Positions 1-12,059 of a stretch of DNA of 64,000 nucleotides are shown here, in pieces. The notes beneath the pieces were generated by a model. It ran no database searches. It was given only the letters and a program-made list of their open reading frames with translations, and was not told the DNA's origin. The stretch's first letter is position 1. Each line of letters begins with the position of its first letter. A program made the position numbers and the translations under genes. Origin of the DNA: Camelus ferus (Eukaryota); the NCBI RefSeq assembly GCF_009834535.1, contig NC_045698.1:4218001-4282000 (forward strand). The letters are read 5' to 3'.

Positions 1-29
1 CCAAGATCGGCCAAGCCTGGCTCAGGCTA

Positions 30-125
30 GAGGAACAGCTCAGAGGCAAAATCATTTGACTGAGGCCACCCGACTAGTAGGTGACAAGGCCAAGCATTGG
101 AACTCAAGTTATTCTGATTCCATGG
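30..125 (-). mobile_element. MIR SINE fragment
   Basis: Degenerate match to the MIR core read antisense (cagagg...atttgactgaggccacccgactagtaggtgacaagg...ggaactcaagttattctgattcca). Confidence 0.6.
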
Positions 126-134
126 TAAATGATT

Positions 135-933
135 CTGCACCCAATTCCAACGTCAGGGGTGGAGTGGGGGGGGGGGGTCCCCACACCAACAAGCAGTTTT
201 CAGACACCGGCTAGGTCTCCTACTATTCAACTTAATCCTGAATTAGCATCATAACCTGGAGACAGCATCAGGCCCCACAGATTGAGAGCTCAGTCCCACA
301 AGACTTCCCTGCTGCACCTTGAACTCCAGTCCCAAACCCGAGTCACCTGAGCTTTCGACTGACCTGCTAAAACCTGGAAGACCAAGGACCCCTTCCTCGG
401 GTTTCATTTGTTTGCTAGAGTGGCCCACAGAACTCAGAGAAACATTGTACTTTCTAGATCACTGGTTTATTATAAAAAGATATAACTCAGGAACAGCCAA
501 ATGAAAAAGACTCATAGGCCAAGGTATGGGGAAAGGACCCGGAGTTTCCATGTCTTCTCCTAACAGGCTGCTCTCCTCAGATCCCCCGTGTTCGCCAACT
601 GCAAAGCTCCCCAACCTCTATCCTTTGGGCTTCTTATGGAGGCTTCATTATACAGGCATGTTGCACTAAACCATTGGCCATTGGTGACTTGACTCGGCCT
701 CTAGCCCTCCTCCCCTCCCTGGAGGTCAGGAGGATGGGACTAAAAGTTCCGACTCTCCAGTCACATGGTTGGGCCCCCTGGCAACCAGCCCCCATCCTTA
801 GGTGCCTTCCGTGTCACCTCACTAATGTAACAAAAGACGTCTTCACTTGTGAAATTCCAAAGGTTTTAAGAGCTCTGTGCCAGAACCCATGGTGAAGAGC
901 ATATAAATGTTGACTATAAGTCACGGTGTCACA
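135..933 (-). mobile_element. MER21-family ERVL solo LTR
   Basis: Has MER21 blocks (ccccacaccaacaagca, gctcagtcccacaagact, tttgctagagtggcccacagaactcag, ggatataactcaggaacagcc-like) and ends in ...ccaaggttttaagagctctgtgccag...tgtcaca, the reverse complement of the LTR start. Clearly homologous to 6825-7550. Confidence 0.85.
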
Positions 934-1127
934 CATGACCTGTATTCTTTCCAGTTACTTCAAATTATAGACCCTGGACCTCAATTCTACAAGCTGTCTG
1001 GGGTCTGGAGCTTGTACTAAATTTCTGTATTCCAAAGACAGTTATTTTTGTGAAACATCAGTTTCCAGAAATTGAAGTAAGGATATCTCCCTAGGAAACC
1101 CTTATTTCTGAATAGTTCTCTTCAGAT

Positions 1128-1184
1128 TTCTCTCCCTCTCTCTCTCTCTACCTTTCTCTCTCCCCCCCCCAACACACACACACG
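1128..1184. repeat. Compound (TC)n / C-run / (CA)n microsatellite
   Basis: Seen directly in the sequence. Confidence 0.9.
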
Positions 1185-2250
1185 CATCATCTGTGGATTA
1201 TATTTTTGGTTTGTGGATTATTTAAGTCCTAGCGAGATCACCTCCTTTAAATTCCCACTGCCAAAGTAATTTCCTAAATTATAAGGAAACAATGCTTCTG
1301 GTGGTATGCCAAAGTGGGTGACCTCTTATTTTACTGAAAATATAGATTTGGTTATTATTTCAACAAAAGTAAAAGGCTTTGCCTTAGAAGAATTAAAACT
1401 AGAAAGAACCAGAGGACTTCTCCATAGAGTGGATTACTTTGAGAACCACCAGAACCTTAGAGCTTCCATTCCAGGAATGCACATGATGTATCTGTGGTCC
1501 ACTCCCTCCGAGGCTCGCTGCTGCCCTCAGAGTCAGGACCCTGATGGAGCCGCAGCCCTGGAGCCCTCCAGAGCAGGACAGCCCTGCTGATACCAGCATG
1601 TCCCTGGTGACTGTGACCAGCACGAATCTCTTCCGAGCCGGAGCCAGAATCATCTGAAAGGCTCTAGCTCGTGTTGATGGGGACGGCTGTTGGAACACAG
1701 GATGGAGTGGCTTGGAGATCCAGTCCTCCCAAAGGCTCAATAACCAACATCTGACTGAAAACGTAAAACCTAACATCTATCAAATTCTGAAGAGTTCACA
1801 AAATATTTTCTCAAAAATGCTCTCTGGGGTCCTGCCAACCATCCTTAACATAAATGTTTATAATTACTCCCACTTTACACAGAAGAAACCTGAATCTTAT
1901 TGAGGTCAAACAGCTTTATTACATCAAGAAAAGAGCAGAACCACCCACACTTCCTCTGCCTGCAAACTTAACCGTCTTCCTCATAACATGAAGCTGAAAG
2001 CTTCGACATTTTGAGATGCTCTAAAGTTAACTGTCAGGCCAAACAGGAGGGGAGAGCCAGGGTTCTGTGAACCAGTAGCACAGCCCACTAGTGAGAAGTT
2101 GAGGAACAGCAATTGAGAGATGGCTGAGAGCTTCTAGAAGGGAAAGGTGGGGCGTCTACAGGACTCTGCAGGTGCGCCGTGATAGGTCTGATTTGACAAA
2201 GCTCCCGACAAGGCTGCTTCCATCTGTACGTGCAGCCACATGAATCCAAG

Positions 2251-2271
2251 CCACCACCACCACCACCACCC
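2251..2271. repeat. (CCA)n trinucleotide repeat
   Basis: ccaccaccaccaccaccaccc. Confidence 0.9.
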
Positions 2272-3375
2272 CCGCAGCAGGCTGCTTGTTGCCTACCAGC
2301 ACCTGGCACCCACCTGCCACCATGAGCTTTGAAGCGTCAGCTCTTTCTAGTTTGCTCCCTGGCGTATAATAAAGCGCCTCTTCCTAAGACCGTTCTTTCA
2401 ACCTTCCAGCTGAGCGGCAGGAGAGATGCAGTCACAGAGCAGCTGAAAACGACAGTTCTTACACTCTTGTGAATTGATCTGGGGACGATCCTTTTGCAAT
2501 GTCTCACCAGAGAGTTGGCCAATAGCAGAAAACTGGGGAGGAGTGCTGCCATTATCGGCAGTACTTTGCAACGACAACTCCTTTCCTGAATGTTCCAGAC
2601 TGTCACAACGTCCTTAGTGTCAACACTGAGACAATCCCAGCCCTGCTGGAATCCCTACAGTCTTCACTTTCCACCCACTTACTTTGATCCAAAGGAAGCA
2701 GATGTCAGGAACCACGTCCTCAGCTTCCCTATGAGCTGGTTCCTCCAAGTCACACCATATCTGAAAAGGAAACTCTGTATACCTGTTTGCACCTGCATCT
2801 TTGAACCCTTCTTTTGGAGAAGAGATAAACTCTCCGGAAGACTGCCATGGTTCCTGGCAGAGCTACGCTGCTCATGTGTCCATGGGTCCTGCATCTTGTC
2901 AGTATCCGTGAGCCTAACACCTCTTCTCCTTAAAGCACAACCAGAATCTTCACTCCCAGTTGTCTTGAGTGTATCCCATTTCAAGCATCGATGCTCTAAA
3001 TCTTCACACTGCTCCCAGAGGGACAGCTCGTCAGCAGACCACCTGCTGCATTTTAGGTCCCCATTACCTGCTAATGCAGACCCACTAACACTGCCATGGC
3101 GAGCAGAGGTTCCCCTCATTCTGCTCCATCTCTTACTCACATTCTCCTTCTCCCATGGGCCCTGAGTGCTTTAGAAGACATATGTTACTCTAAGAGTGTT
3201 AATGGAACTTGTCAGCTTGCAGGCCTGGCTTGTTCAGCCTCCTGGAGCGGGCAGAGTAAGGGCGACATTCACCCACTCCCTGGCCCTGTGCTCAGCATCC
3301 TGCCTTCTCAGGCTCTGCGTCCCATGAGAGAAAGGATGGGACTTACTTGTCCTATGGCCTCAACTTGCCTGCTCC

Positions 3376-4005
3376 TATAATGGAGCAGGACCCAGTAGGG
3401 CCTTCCCAGGACAGAGTCCCCCTCGTGCCCTTTGCCTGCCTCTTGTCTGTAGAAAAACTTTAGCCTCCTTGGCCGTCCCTGAATTTCAAACAGTAATGTT
3501 AATCAGAGGAGTGAGAAAAGGCAGAAAGAATGGGAAACAGTCAAGCAAGACAAAATAATAACAGTTTAGCCATTAAACAAAGTCAAGGAGCTTTAGTTCC
3601 TCCTCAAGGGCTGTAGATAATATTCTGAGCCTTGTCCTTGGAGCTCTTCTGCAGACACTGAAACCCCCGCCAGGTGGAAGAAGGTAACTGTGTGCTGCCC
3701 CCCAGCACAGAGGCCCCAGAGGGGTTGGAACCAGGAGGCTGGTGGTGTTCGCTCCCAATTACCTTCTCACCAACCAATCAGAAGAAAGTTCATGAGCTGA
3801 TCACACACCCTGCAACCCTCTCCCTCACCGTCTTTAAAACCCTTTCCCTGAAAGCCACTGGGAAATTTGGGCCCTTTGAGCACTAGCTGTCTGGACTCTG
3901 CTTGGCACCTGCAGCGAACGCTACACTTTCCTTTGCCACAACCGGGTGTCAGTAGGTTGGCTTTCCTGTGCGCAGGTGAGCGGACCCAAGTTTGGTTCGG
4001 TAACA
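3376..4005 (+). mobile_element. ERV1-class solo LTR, 630 bp, with 4-bp TSD CTCC
   Basis: Flanked by ctcc at 3372-3375 and 4006-4009. Ends in ...ggacccaagtttggttcggtaaca, has a TATA-like tctttaaaa near 3832, and its 5' TG has changed to TA. A 4-bp TSD is typical of ERV1 integrases. Confidence 0.85.
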
Positions 4006-5029
4006 CTCCAGCTCAGAGGGGGTTTTCAGAAAACATTTCCTGAACTATCCCTGAATCCAGCTGCCCCATCTGGAACAGTTCTGAAAACCTGAAGGGCTAC
4101 AGAGTCCTCTATGGGACCAGTGAGATGATCACACAGAAGATGTCAAAAAGGGCATGGGGAGGACAGAAACGCCACGCTGCTCCAGCATGGCCAGTCTTGC
4201 TGCTTCTGATGACACCTCCAGACACCGTGGGGCTGCTGTCCAAGAGAGACGAGAGCGAGCTGGGGTGGACGTGGTGTGAGCGGCTCTCAGACCTGCACCT
4301 TCGAAATGGAAATCTTGTCATTCTATGACAGTTCAAACCATCGGGATTTCCCAGGCACGGGATGACTTTGGGGACTAAGCCATTGCAAGTGTACGTCACA
4401 GGAGCGACTCGAAGAGAGTGGGTGGTTTTATTAGTGAAGACAAAAAAAAGCTCGGGTGTGGAGGGAACTGGCAAGAGCTGACGCCTTTATGATTTTCCCC
4501 TGACCTGAGATAGTAGATGTGAGCGATGCTTTAATGACAATAGGGATTTTGTTACCAGGAGTGAAGAACTCCTTCCACGTAAGCCCGTTAGCACCAACTA
4601 TTATACGTTTGGGGATGGAGTCAGGTCCCCTCCAAGCTGCCACGCGCCTGGGACAGGACCAGATGGCTGGTGACAACCCTTCCAGTTTCATAAGGAGAAC
4701 TAGACTGAATACCAGAAATCACCTTGTTCCAAATTAACTGGAGTTTTAACCAGTAAGCTGTTAGGAAGCAGACACAGACCCGTGACTGGCCAAGCGCGGT
4801 GCCAGGGGCAAGTCAATCAGTGCTGCGGGGTGTCAGGACCTGGATTGTAGATCAGAGCCCAGGCTCTCCTCATGAAGAGAATGCTATTTCTTAAAATAAT
4901 AACAAGAATAACAGTGACAGCAAATGTGCACTGAGGCCCTGAGCAGAGGTACAACACACCAAGATTGTTGCTACATGAGAGACGAACTGAGGGTGGTGGT
5001 GACACTGTGATGTGTGACTTTTCTTTCAT

Positions 5030-5118
5030 ATTTTTTTATTGCAGCGCAGTCAGTTTACAGTGTTGTGTCAATTTCTGGTGTACAGCGTAGTTTCAGTCAT
5101 ACATGTACAAACATACTT
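5030..5118 (-). mobile_element. Short L1 3'-end fragment, younger lineage
   Basis: T-run followed by attgcagcgcagtcagtttacagtgttgtgtcaatttctggtgtacag. Homologous to the stubs at 14.46 kb and 33.3 kb. Confidence 0.75.
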
Positions 5119-6678
5119 CTTAGGGGAGACAAAATCACAATAGATGTTGGTTAATGTCTCTATCATTTAAAGGTACAGAAGTACATGTTAATATCCTATC
5201 AGTAAATAGTGATAATGGGCTAACTATATCGATACATCCATGCATTGGGGAAAAACCATGAACTTGCCGTGTTTCCTGCTTCCATCCCAGAAAGGAGAGT
5301 CCAGGGCAGACGTGTGAAATCCCCTTGAGTGGCTCCCACTTGCTCTTCTAATTTTTTTTTCACGAGTGGGCAGAGCACGTCTGTGCTGAGCCCACTTCAC
5401 GGAACCCCGCTCTGAGGGAGTCCCCCTTCCAGGACCCCTCCCGCTGCCTCAGCTGAAACTCAGGGCTCCTTTGCCCACAACTTAGTGACACAGTCGTAGT
5501 CCTGGTATCTTTGATGACGTTCTCAAGTCACATCAACCACAGCGACACTCGTGATGATGATGTTAGCCTTCTCGGCTTGGGGCTCCCCAGGAACCCATGT
5601 CTTGGAGTCAGATGTGTGCGAAGACAGTGGAAGGTTCTGAGAAGGCAAACTCTAACCAGGTAAGAGAAATCAGATCTCTGAGAGGGAAGCGAAGGCGATT
5701 TGGGGAGCGCCAGAGCGAATGTCCTGCCCTGTGCACGGCACACCCGTTGTTGAATTGGAGTCATGATGAGATAGAATAAAAGAGAGGGCTCTGCCAGAAC
5801 ACGCTTACCCCGCAGCACCAGGACACCTGAAGGGATACACTAGGATGGACGGCACTGGCGATCTGGACTGGCTTTGCCCACGCGGGCCCTCGCTCCCACC
5901 ACCCACTGACCTGTGATGTGTGAACGGAGACGTGGAGTGGGAGGAACTTGCACTGGGTCCCCAGTGGCTGCAGGCCAGGGACTGGACCCCATGTCTCCCA
6001 CCCCCCACCCAGGGCTCCTGCCACGTTTTATTTTATGATTTATCGCTACGTAAGATTGGCTGAAATTTGACAAATCAGCCTCTGCTTCATCCTCACTCAA
6101 TGTTCCAGTTAACAAGGTCCCAGAATAACTTGGTTACAAGTGGGTTTCCTCAGAAAATTTTACAGGACAGTGATTTGAGGGTAGCATAATGACAATAATC
6201 TGAGCTTTTGTTAAAGTAAAAAACTTTTTTAAAGGTAAAAGTCCTTTTTAAAGGTCAAGTGAAAACTTATTTTGTTGCCCATTTGAGAAAGCTATAAAAT
6301 AAATGACATGAAATTTTATAAAGCATGAGAACAAAGAATTATTCTAAAAGCCCAAATCGGCGGTGGAGAGAAGAAAAATTCAGAAACTCAAATAACTATG
6401 AAATGGACTGAATATGCACTTTTATGCTGCATCTACTTGGATGGCAGGATGAATGTCAATAATACAGAAATACCAGCCAGATACAGTTTATTCAATTTGA
6501 CAAAGCTTACAGCTTTCAGTCACATAATGAAAACAAAATTTAGACTAGTCAGGAATTCTCTAAGCTTTCACCAACGCTGTGGAGGTGGACACCATCGTGA
6601 CTTCTTTGGGGCCAACACACCCCATCTCCCAATTCTGGCATGTCGCCTGTTGATGGCTCAAGCTGTGACCTTCCTGGG

Positions 6679-7810
6679 TGTTATGGGTTGAGGTGTGACT
6701 TCTGCAAAATTCGTATGTTGAAATCCTAACCCCTCAGTATTTCAGAATGTGAACTTATCTAGAAATAGAGTCATTGCAGATGTAATTGGTTAAAATGAGG
6801 CCATCAGGGTGGTCCCTACAATTCTGACTGCACACATTCAAGCAAGTCGGGATACAAACTGGAATCTCCTACAATTCAATTCAACTCTGACACTCTCCAC
6901 CCGGAGACAGCACCAGACCCTGCAGGTTAAGGGCTCAGTCCCACAAGTCTGTCCTTTCCATCCACTCCAGATGCCAGTCACAAGTCCAGGTTGTCACGTG
7001 GGCTTCTGATTGGCTACAGTTTGGAGGTTCCAATAACCCCGTCCTTGGATTCTATTAATTTGCTAGAGCAGCTCACAAAACTCAGGAAGCCAGTTTACTT
7101 ATTTGATTACTAGTTTATTGCAAAAGATAATAACTCAGGAATAGCCAGGTGGAAGAGATGCTTGGGGCAAGGTATGGGGGACGGGCTCGGAGCTCCCACA
7201 CCCTCTCTGAACATACCACATTCCCGCATGCTCACCAGCCTGGAAGCTCTCCTTAGGGTTTGTGTGGAGGTCCTCATTACACGGGCACAGCTGATCATTG
7301 GCCATTGGTGATTTTTCAACCTCCAGCTCCAGGTCAAAGGGTGGGACTGAAAATTCCAACCTCTGATCACATGATCAGGTCCCCTGGGATCCAGCCCCAT
7401 TCCTAAGTGCTTTCCAAAATTCACCTCATTAACAAAAGACACCTTTATTGCTCTCATCATTTAGGAAAATCCAAGGGTCTTAGGAGCTCTGCGCAAGAAC
7501 CAGGGACGAAGACCAAATAGATATTTCTCATTATAAATCCTAATGTCACAGCTGCAATTCAGTATAACTGGTGTGCTTATAAAAAGATACATTCAGACAC
7601 GTAGACAGACACGCATGGTGGAAAGGTGAAGTGGAGAGACAGCGAGACAAGGAGAGGGAACAGATCTGTCCTCACGGCCCTCAGACAGAATCGACCCCCT
7701 TCGAACACTTGACGTCAGATTTCCAGTTCCCAGACTGTGGGCAATACCTGTCAGTAGTTTAAGCCACACACCTTGTTAAGGAACATTGTTAAGGTCCCCC
7801 GGTGATCTGC
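6679..7810 (+). mobile_element. MLT1B-like MaLR LTR interrupted by a MER21 LTR
   Basis: Starts tgttatgggttga...aaaattcgtatgttgaaatcctaacc...cagaatgtga and resumes after 7550 with ...actggtgtgcttataa...cttgacgtcagatttccag...tttaagccac. Confidence 0.8.
6825..7550 (-). mobile_element. MER21-family ERVL LTR nested inside MLT1
   Basis: Same motifs as 135-933; ends in gaagaccaaatagatatttctcattataaatcctaatgtcaca. Confidence 0.85.
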
Positions 7811-9123
7811 CACACCCCGCGCTGCCCTTGCCAGCAGAGAACAGCTGCTCTGCCCAAGGAAGCACCCCCTGGGGACGATCAGTGGGAAAGACTGGTTGCT
7901 GTAAGGACTGGGAGGCCCGCCTGCCCACCTGCCCACCTCCAACATGGTAACTGAGAAACCACCCAGGGTGAGAGCTCCTCTCGGGGCCCAGCCACCCTGT
8001 GAGCCAGCATCTCCCCGGCCAGTCATGCCGCCCCGACTTCCTGAGAGCCCCACTCCCAGGGCAGACAGTTGTCCCTCAGTCTGTCTCCCCCAGACCCACT
8101 CCAGAACAGCCGTAAAACCGCAACTGATCATTATAAACAGTGGCCTCTACAGGGAGTTGGCTTTGTTAGATTTATGTAGGCACAGCTGCCCTGGAGTGAA
8201 TCTGCAAGATACCGGGTCTGAACTCGCTCACAGGATGAGTCCCACGGCCGCCTGGACACCGTCCCGGGTCTGATCCCTAAGGGTTTGGCCGTGACCGGCT
8301 CCCTAAGGACAGCCATGAATCAGCAGCTCAAGCAGCTGGAACAGAAAGGACCAGTATTTCTGGCGGCTAATAGGGAGGGAGGTGCCTCAGTGCTGGCGGG
8401 GCCCGGACGGATGGCTTCCCTCCGCCTAGGTTCTGTCAGAGAAGGACGCCGGCTCTCGCTTTAACCCGATACCAGGACGCAGGTGGGAAGCCTCTGACCA
8501 ACACCAGCACCGGAGGGGCACTGGGGAGCCCCGAGCGTGAGCTCCTCTAATCCTGGGGCGTCACCAACCCCTGCCTTTGCCTGCGCCCAGCGCAGCACCT
8601 TAGGGAGGACGTGGGGTCCCGGCTCTTTGCTGAGCCGCCCAGGGTCTCAGGAAGTGGGGAGCGGGGACCAGAGGCTGCAGGAGCGGCTGACTGAGCGGTT
8701 GGGGATCCGTGCTTGAGCCCAGGGGCAGCCTGCTCACCTCTTCTTTCCGCACGGGAGCCCCTGAAGCCAAGCCCTCTGGCTCCCGTCTCAAGAATGTGGA
8801 AAGAGGACATGGACGTAAAGAGGGTGTGAGAGGATGGTCACCTTCATGACGGTGATGGTTTTCTCAGGATGGTAACATTTCAAAGGATTCTACTCTGCTG
8901 GCAACGTTCTTATTAAAGGTGTCGCTTACCTTGTTTGCAGTAAGCACGAATCAATGATATGCTCGGAGAAGCAAGGGAAAGCTATTTCCACGGGGGCGAG
9001 GGAAGAAAACACACAGGGACCTCCAAGGCCACCGTGGGTGCTGCATGAGACGTGGATTCCCCCAGACCTGCTCTGCCCCGAGTAGGTGGGTTTTGCCTCC
9101 AAAGCCTGCCTCACACTCACGAT

Positions 9124-9188
9124 GGGGGTGATGCCTGGCCGGGGTGGGGGTAGGACGAGGGCACTGGGGCAGGGCTTTAGGGGGTGGG
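9124..9188 (+). other. G-quadruplex-forming sequence with eight tracts of 3 or more G
   Basis: G-tracts start at 9124, 9141, 9146, 9159, 9166, 9172, 9180 and 9186, mostly with short loops. Confidence 0.6.
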
Positions 9189-9605
9189 CACTGCAGCCAG
9201 CACTTCCGGGGCCGGGGGAGGATATTCAGTGACAGGCTGGAGGCAGAGGCCCTAGCTCCATGCACTCCCTGTGACTCGAGAGCAGACCCTGCCCAGCGCA
9301 GCCTGCGCACTGTGTGCTGCACAGCTCTGGGGGCTGGTCCAGCAAGCAGCATCTTTGTGAACTGCCAGGAACAGAGCATTTCAGCCCACTGCACCGCACA
9401 GCAGAACCGCCAAGGAAAAGAGTGCGGCCAAGCCCTGGACAGACCACATTCTGCCCTCAGGGAGATGAGAGAGCGCGAGGCCAGCTCCTGCAGTCGGCGT
9501 TGGTCCCCCGGATGCAGGGCCACTGGCCTGCGTGGACCTTTCTTGTGCCACAGCAGAAGGACCGGGTATCTCCTAGCAGGGGACAGACAGAGCAGTGGGT
9601 TGGCC

Positions 9606-9625
9606 AGGTGCCATCTGGCGCACAC
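9606..9625 (-). promoter_or_regulatory. Candidate CTCF site
   Basis: Minus strand reads GCGCCAGATGGCAC against the core CC[A/G][C/G][C/T]AG[A/G][G/T]GGC[A/G][C/G], one mismatch. Confidence 0.4.
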
Positions 9626-12059
9626 TGAAGCCGCAGAAAGGAGGACACACTGCATCTGAAACGGGGAACAGGGCCCCACACAAGGTGGCAGGTCTGCTCG
9701 GGCTGTGAGGGGAAGTGCTCCGGGCCCAGGGCCAGTTCTCCAGCAGCCACGAGGGGGGTCTAGAGACTAAATGGGTGACACTGCCCCCCCCCAACAGGGG
9801 GGTTCCTCACTTTCGTCTCAGGGCAGCCAGGCCCCCACCCGGGCTGTGCCTGTGACGGCCCTGCCGATGCTCCCCGGCCCCCAGTGCGCAGGGGCCCGGT
9901 GGGTGATCGCAGAGTCGCTCTCAGCGACTACTTGAGGTGAGGTGGCTGCAAGCCCCAGCCAGGCCGGCGGCTGGAGAGAGAGGAATAACAGCCTGGGACC
10001 TGGGCCGCCCAGGAAGGAGCCGCCTGATCCAAAGGGCCCCACACACCTAACGGCTGGCTCCCGGCTGGGACAGCACGGTAGCAGCTCCTGAGAGGCGCGC
10101 CCGCCTGGCGCCGGGGCTCCGCCCGGCTCCTGACGCACCAGCCACATGCCTCACCCAGACGTACTAGGCTGGGGCCTCTGAGCACAGGTCCGCTGGTGGA
10201 GGGGCCGTGCCCCCCGCTGAAAGGCTTCCTGGAGGCCACCTCGCTGACTGTATCCTGGCCCTGGCTTTGCAACCACTGGCGGGATTGACCCCTGCCTTTT
10301 CTGGCCCCTCTGGAGCCAAGTGTGGCCCTGGCTCCCACACTTTGCCCATCACTGGAGTCTGCACATCTCTCCCTCACTTCCTCTCAGTGCTGGCAGGAGG
10401 CTGGGAGAATGGGAGAAGGAGGACCTTGCAAAGGCTCCTAGGCAGACCTTCCTAGCTGACATCTCGCTACCACTGAGAATTTGGCTATCAGAGGTGGGAG
10501 GGCATCTCTAAGGACCGGGAAGCCCGGGTCCAGGACTAAGCGCTCCCAGGGCAGCCAGCAGACCTGCTGCACATTTCCCTCGTCTCGGGGAGCAGCACAG
10601 CCCTCACTTTCTGCTGCTGGAAGCTGTTCCCAGTGCACGGAGGGAAACAGCACCCAAACAGGGAACAATTCAGCTCTGACACCAGGGAGACAGACGATAC
10701 GTTGAAATGATGAATTTCTGGTGCCAGCGCAAAATCAAGTAGGAGGGATCATTTATCAAGTTCCCAGCACAGCCCACAACGGAAGGACCTTTGAGGTTTT
10801 TGGTTGGTTGATAGGGAAATTGAAACCTTAACCAAGGGTTTAGATAAAAATCCAGTAGGAGATGTTAACTGAGAAACCCATGCTTAGCAAGTGACTGGGA
10901 CGGCTTGTTCTATCCAAGCGGCACTCCTTGGCCCTTGTGGTGCCACGTGAAATGTTGGTCACGTTTGGCGGTGTGAGCTGGCACGTCACTTAGTACGTTT
11001 AGCACAACCTGCGGCTCCCTAAGAAGCGCTGTTCGCTGTGAGCTTAAAAAGTGGCACCTGCTTCACGGGCTGCTATTTCCATGGCAGCTCGAATCCAAAG
11101 CGAGATCCTAGAAAATGTGGAGACTTTGAAGGGGTTGTTCATGCTCAGTGATCCACCCCATCCTTGGATTCCAGCCCTGTCTCCTCGGGCGCCTGCCATC
11201 AGGCTTCAGTGACGATGTACCTGGCCCGCTGGACTTCTGTGTCTGGGGACAGCGACGTCCCAAGATGGAGTTTTCCCAGCCAGGGCCTCCCTCTGGAGCT
11301 GCCTCCATCACTCCCCTGCCCTGGCTGGACCCCATGTCTGTCAATACCCCTCCCCAGGTCAGGACTCTCGGCCTCTTGTTTAACTTTCAATCTGAATCTG
11401 AGGCACAAAGGTGTGTCTCTTGGTGGTGCCTTGATTCCAACTGCAGAGAAGAGCGAGCATGTGATAAACCTGTGAGTGGTTAAACTGGAAGAGGTTTTGT
11501 GATGCAGTTGGACAAACAAGACCCAGGGGGCAGTTACCAGAAGCTCGTGGACTTTCCATCCTGGGCTCTTTCCACAGCTGGTTAACATCCTCGTTCCTAA
11601 AAGCCCAGAGACCCCACAATGCACAGCGTCCCTCGGTGAGCTTGTGCCCAGCCCTGAACAGGCTCAATGAGACGGGGCAGTAACTTCCCTGACGGACTCA
11701 AAACCCTCTGTATACCACTACTCTGCAGGCAGAGAACAGAGTTTGTAATCTGCTTTTTTGCAGGCCACTTCTGTCTGTGTGCTCTGGGCTCTCAAAAACA
11801 TCCAGCCCCTGAAAGAACCCTGCCCCAGCTCTCATTAGGTCTGGGGCTCCCTATGGGTATCGTATGTGTGTTTGCAAGATGCCCTCACAACCCAAGGTCA
11901 CCCCACCATGACCACCCACCCGTGGGGAGGCACCCACTGCAGGCCTCGGCGTCCCAGAGGCCAGGCACGGGCACTGCATCGCGAAGCTGGACAACCACGG
12001 AGGCCCTGCCTCCTCCCGTCTCAGCTGGGCCCCTACCTCGCTGGTGACAAGCTCTCAGC

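Noticed and set aside
2337..3165. Overlapping ORFs of 89-191 aa as a processed pseudogene
   Set aside because: No recognisable homology, poly(A) tail or TSD.
135..7550. Two same-orientation MER21 LTRs about 6 kb apart as the ends of one provirus
   Set aside because: There is no gag/pol-like interior, the intervening DNA holds older MIR and L1 fragments, and the second copy sits inside an MLT1. They are independent solo LTRs.
8951..9679. Longest ORF (242 aa, minus strand) and overlapping ORFs in the GC-rich block
   Set aside because: Several frames on both strands are open, as expected in stop-poor GC-rich DNA. The composition is rich in Pro, Arg, Ala and Cys, with no recognisable domain.
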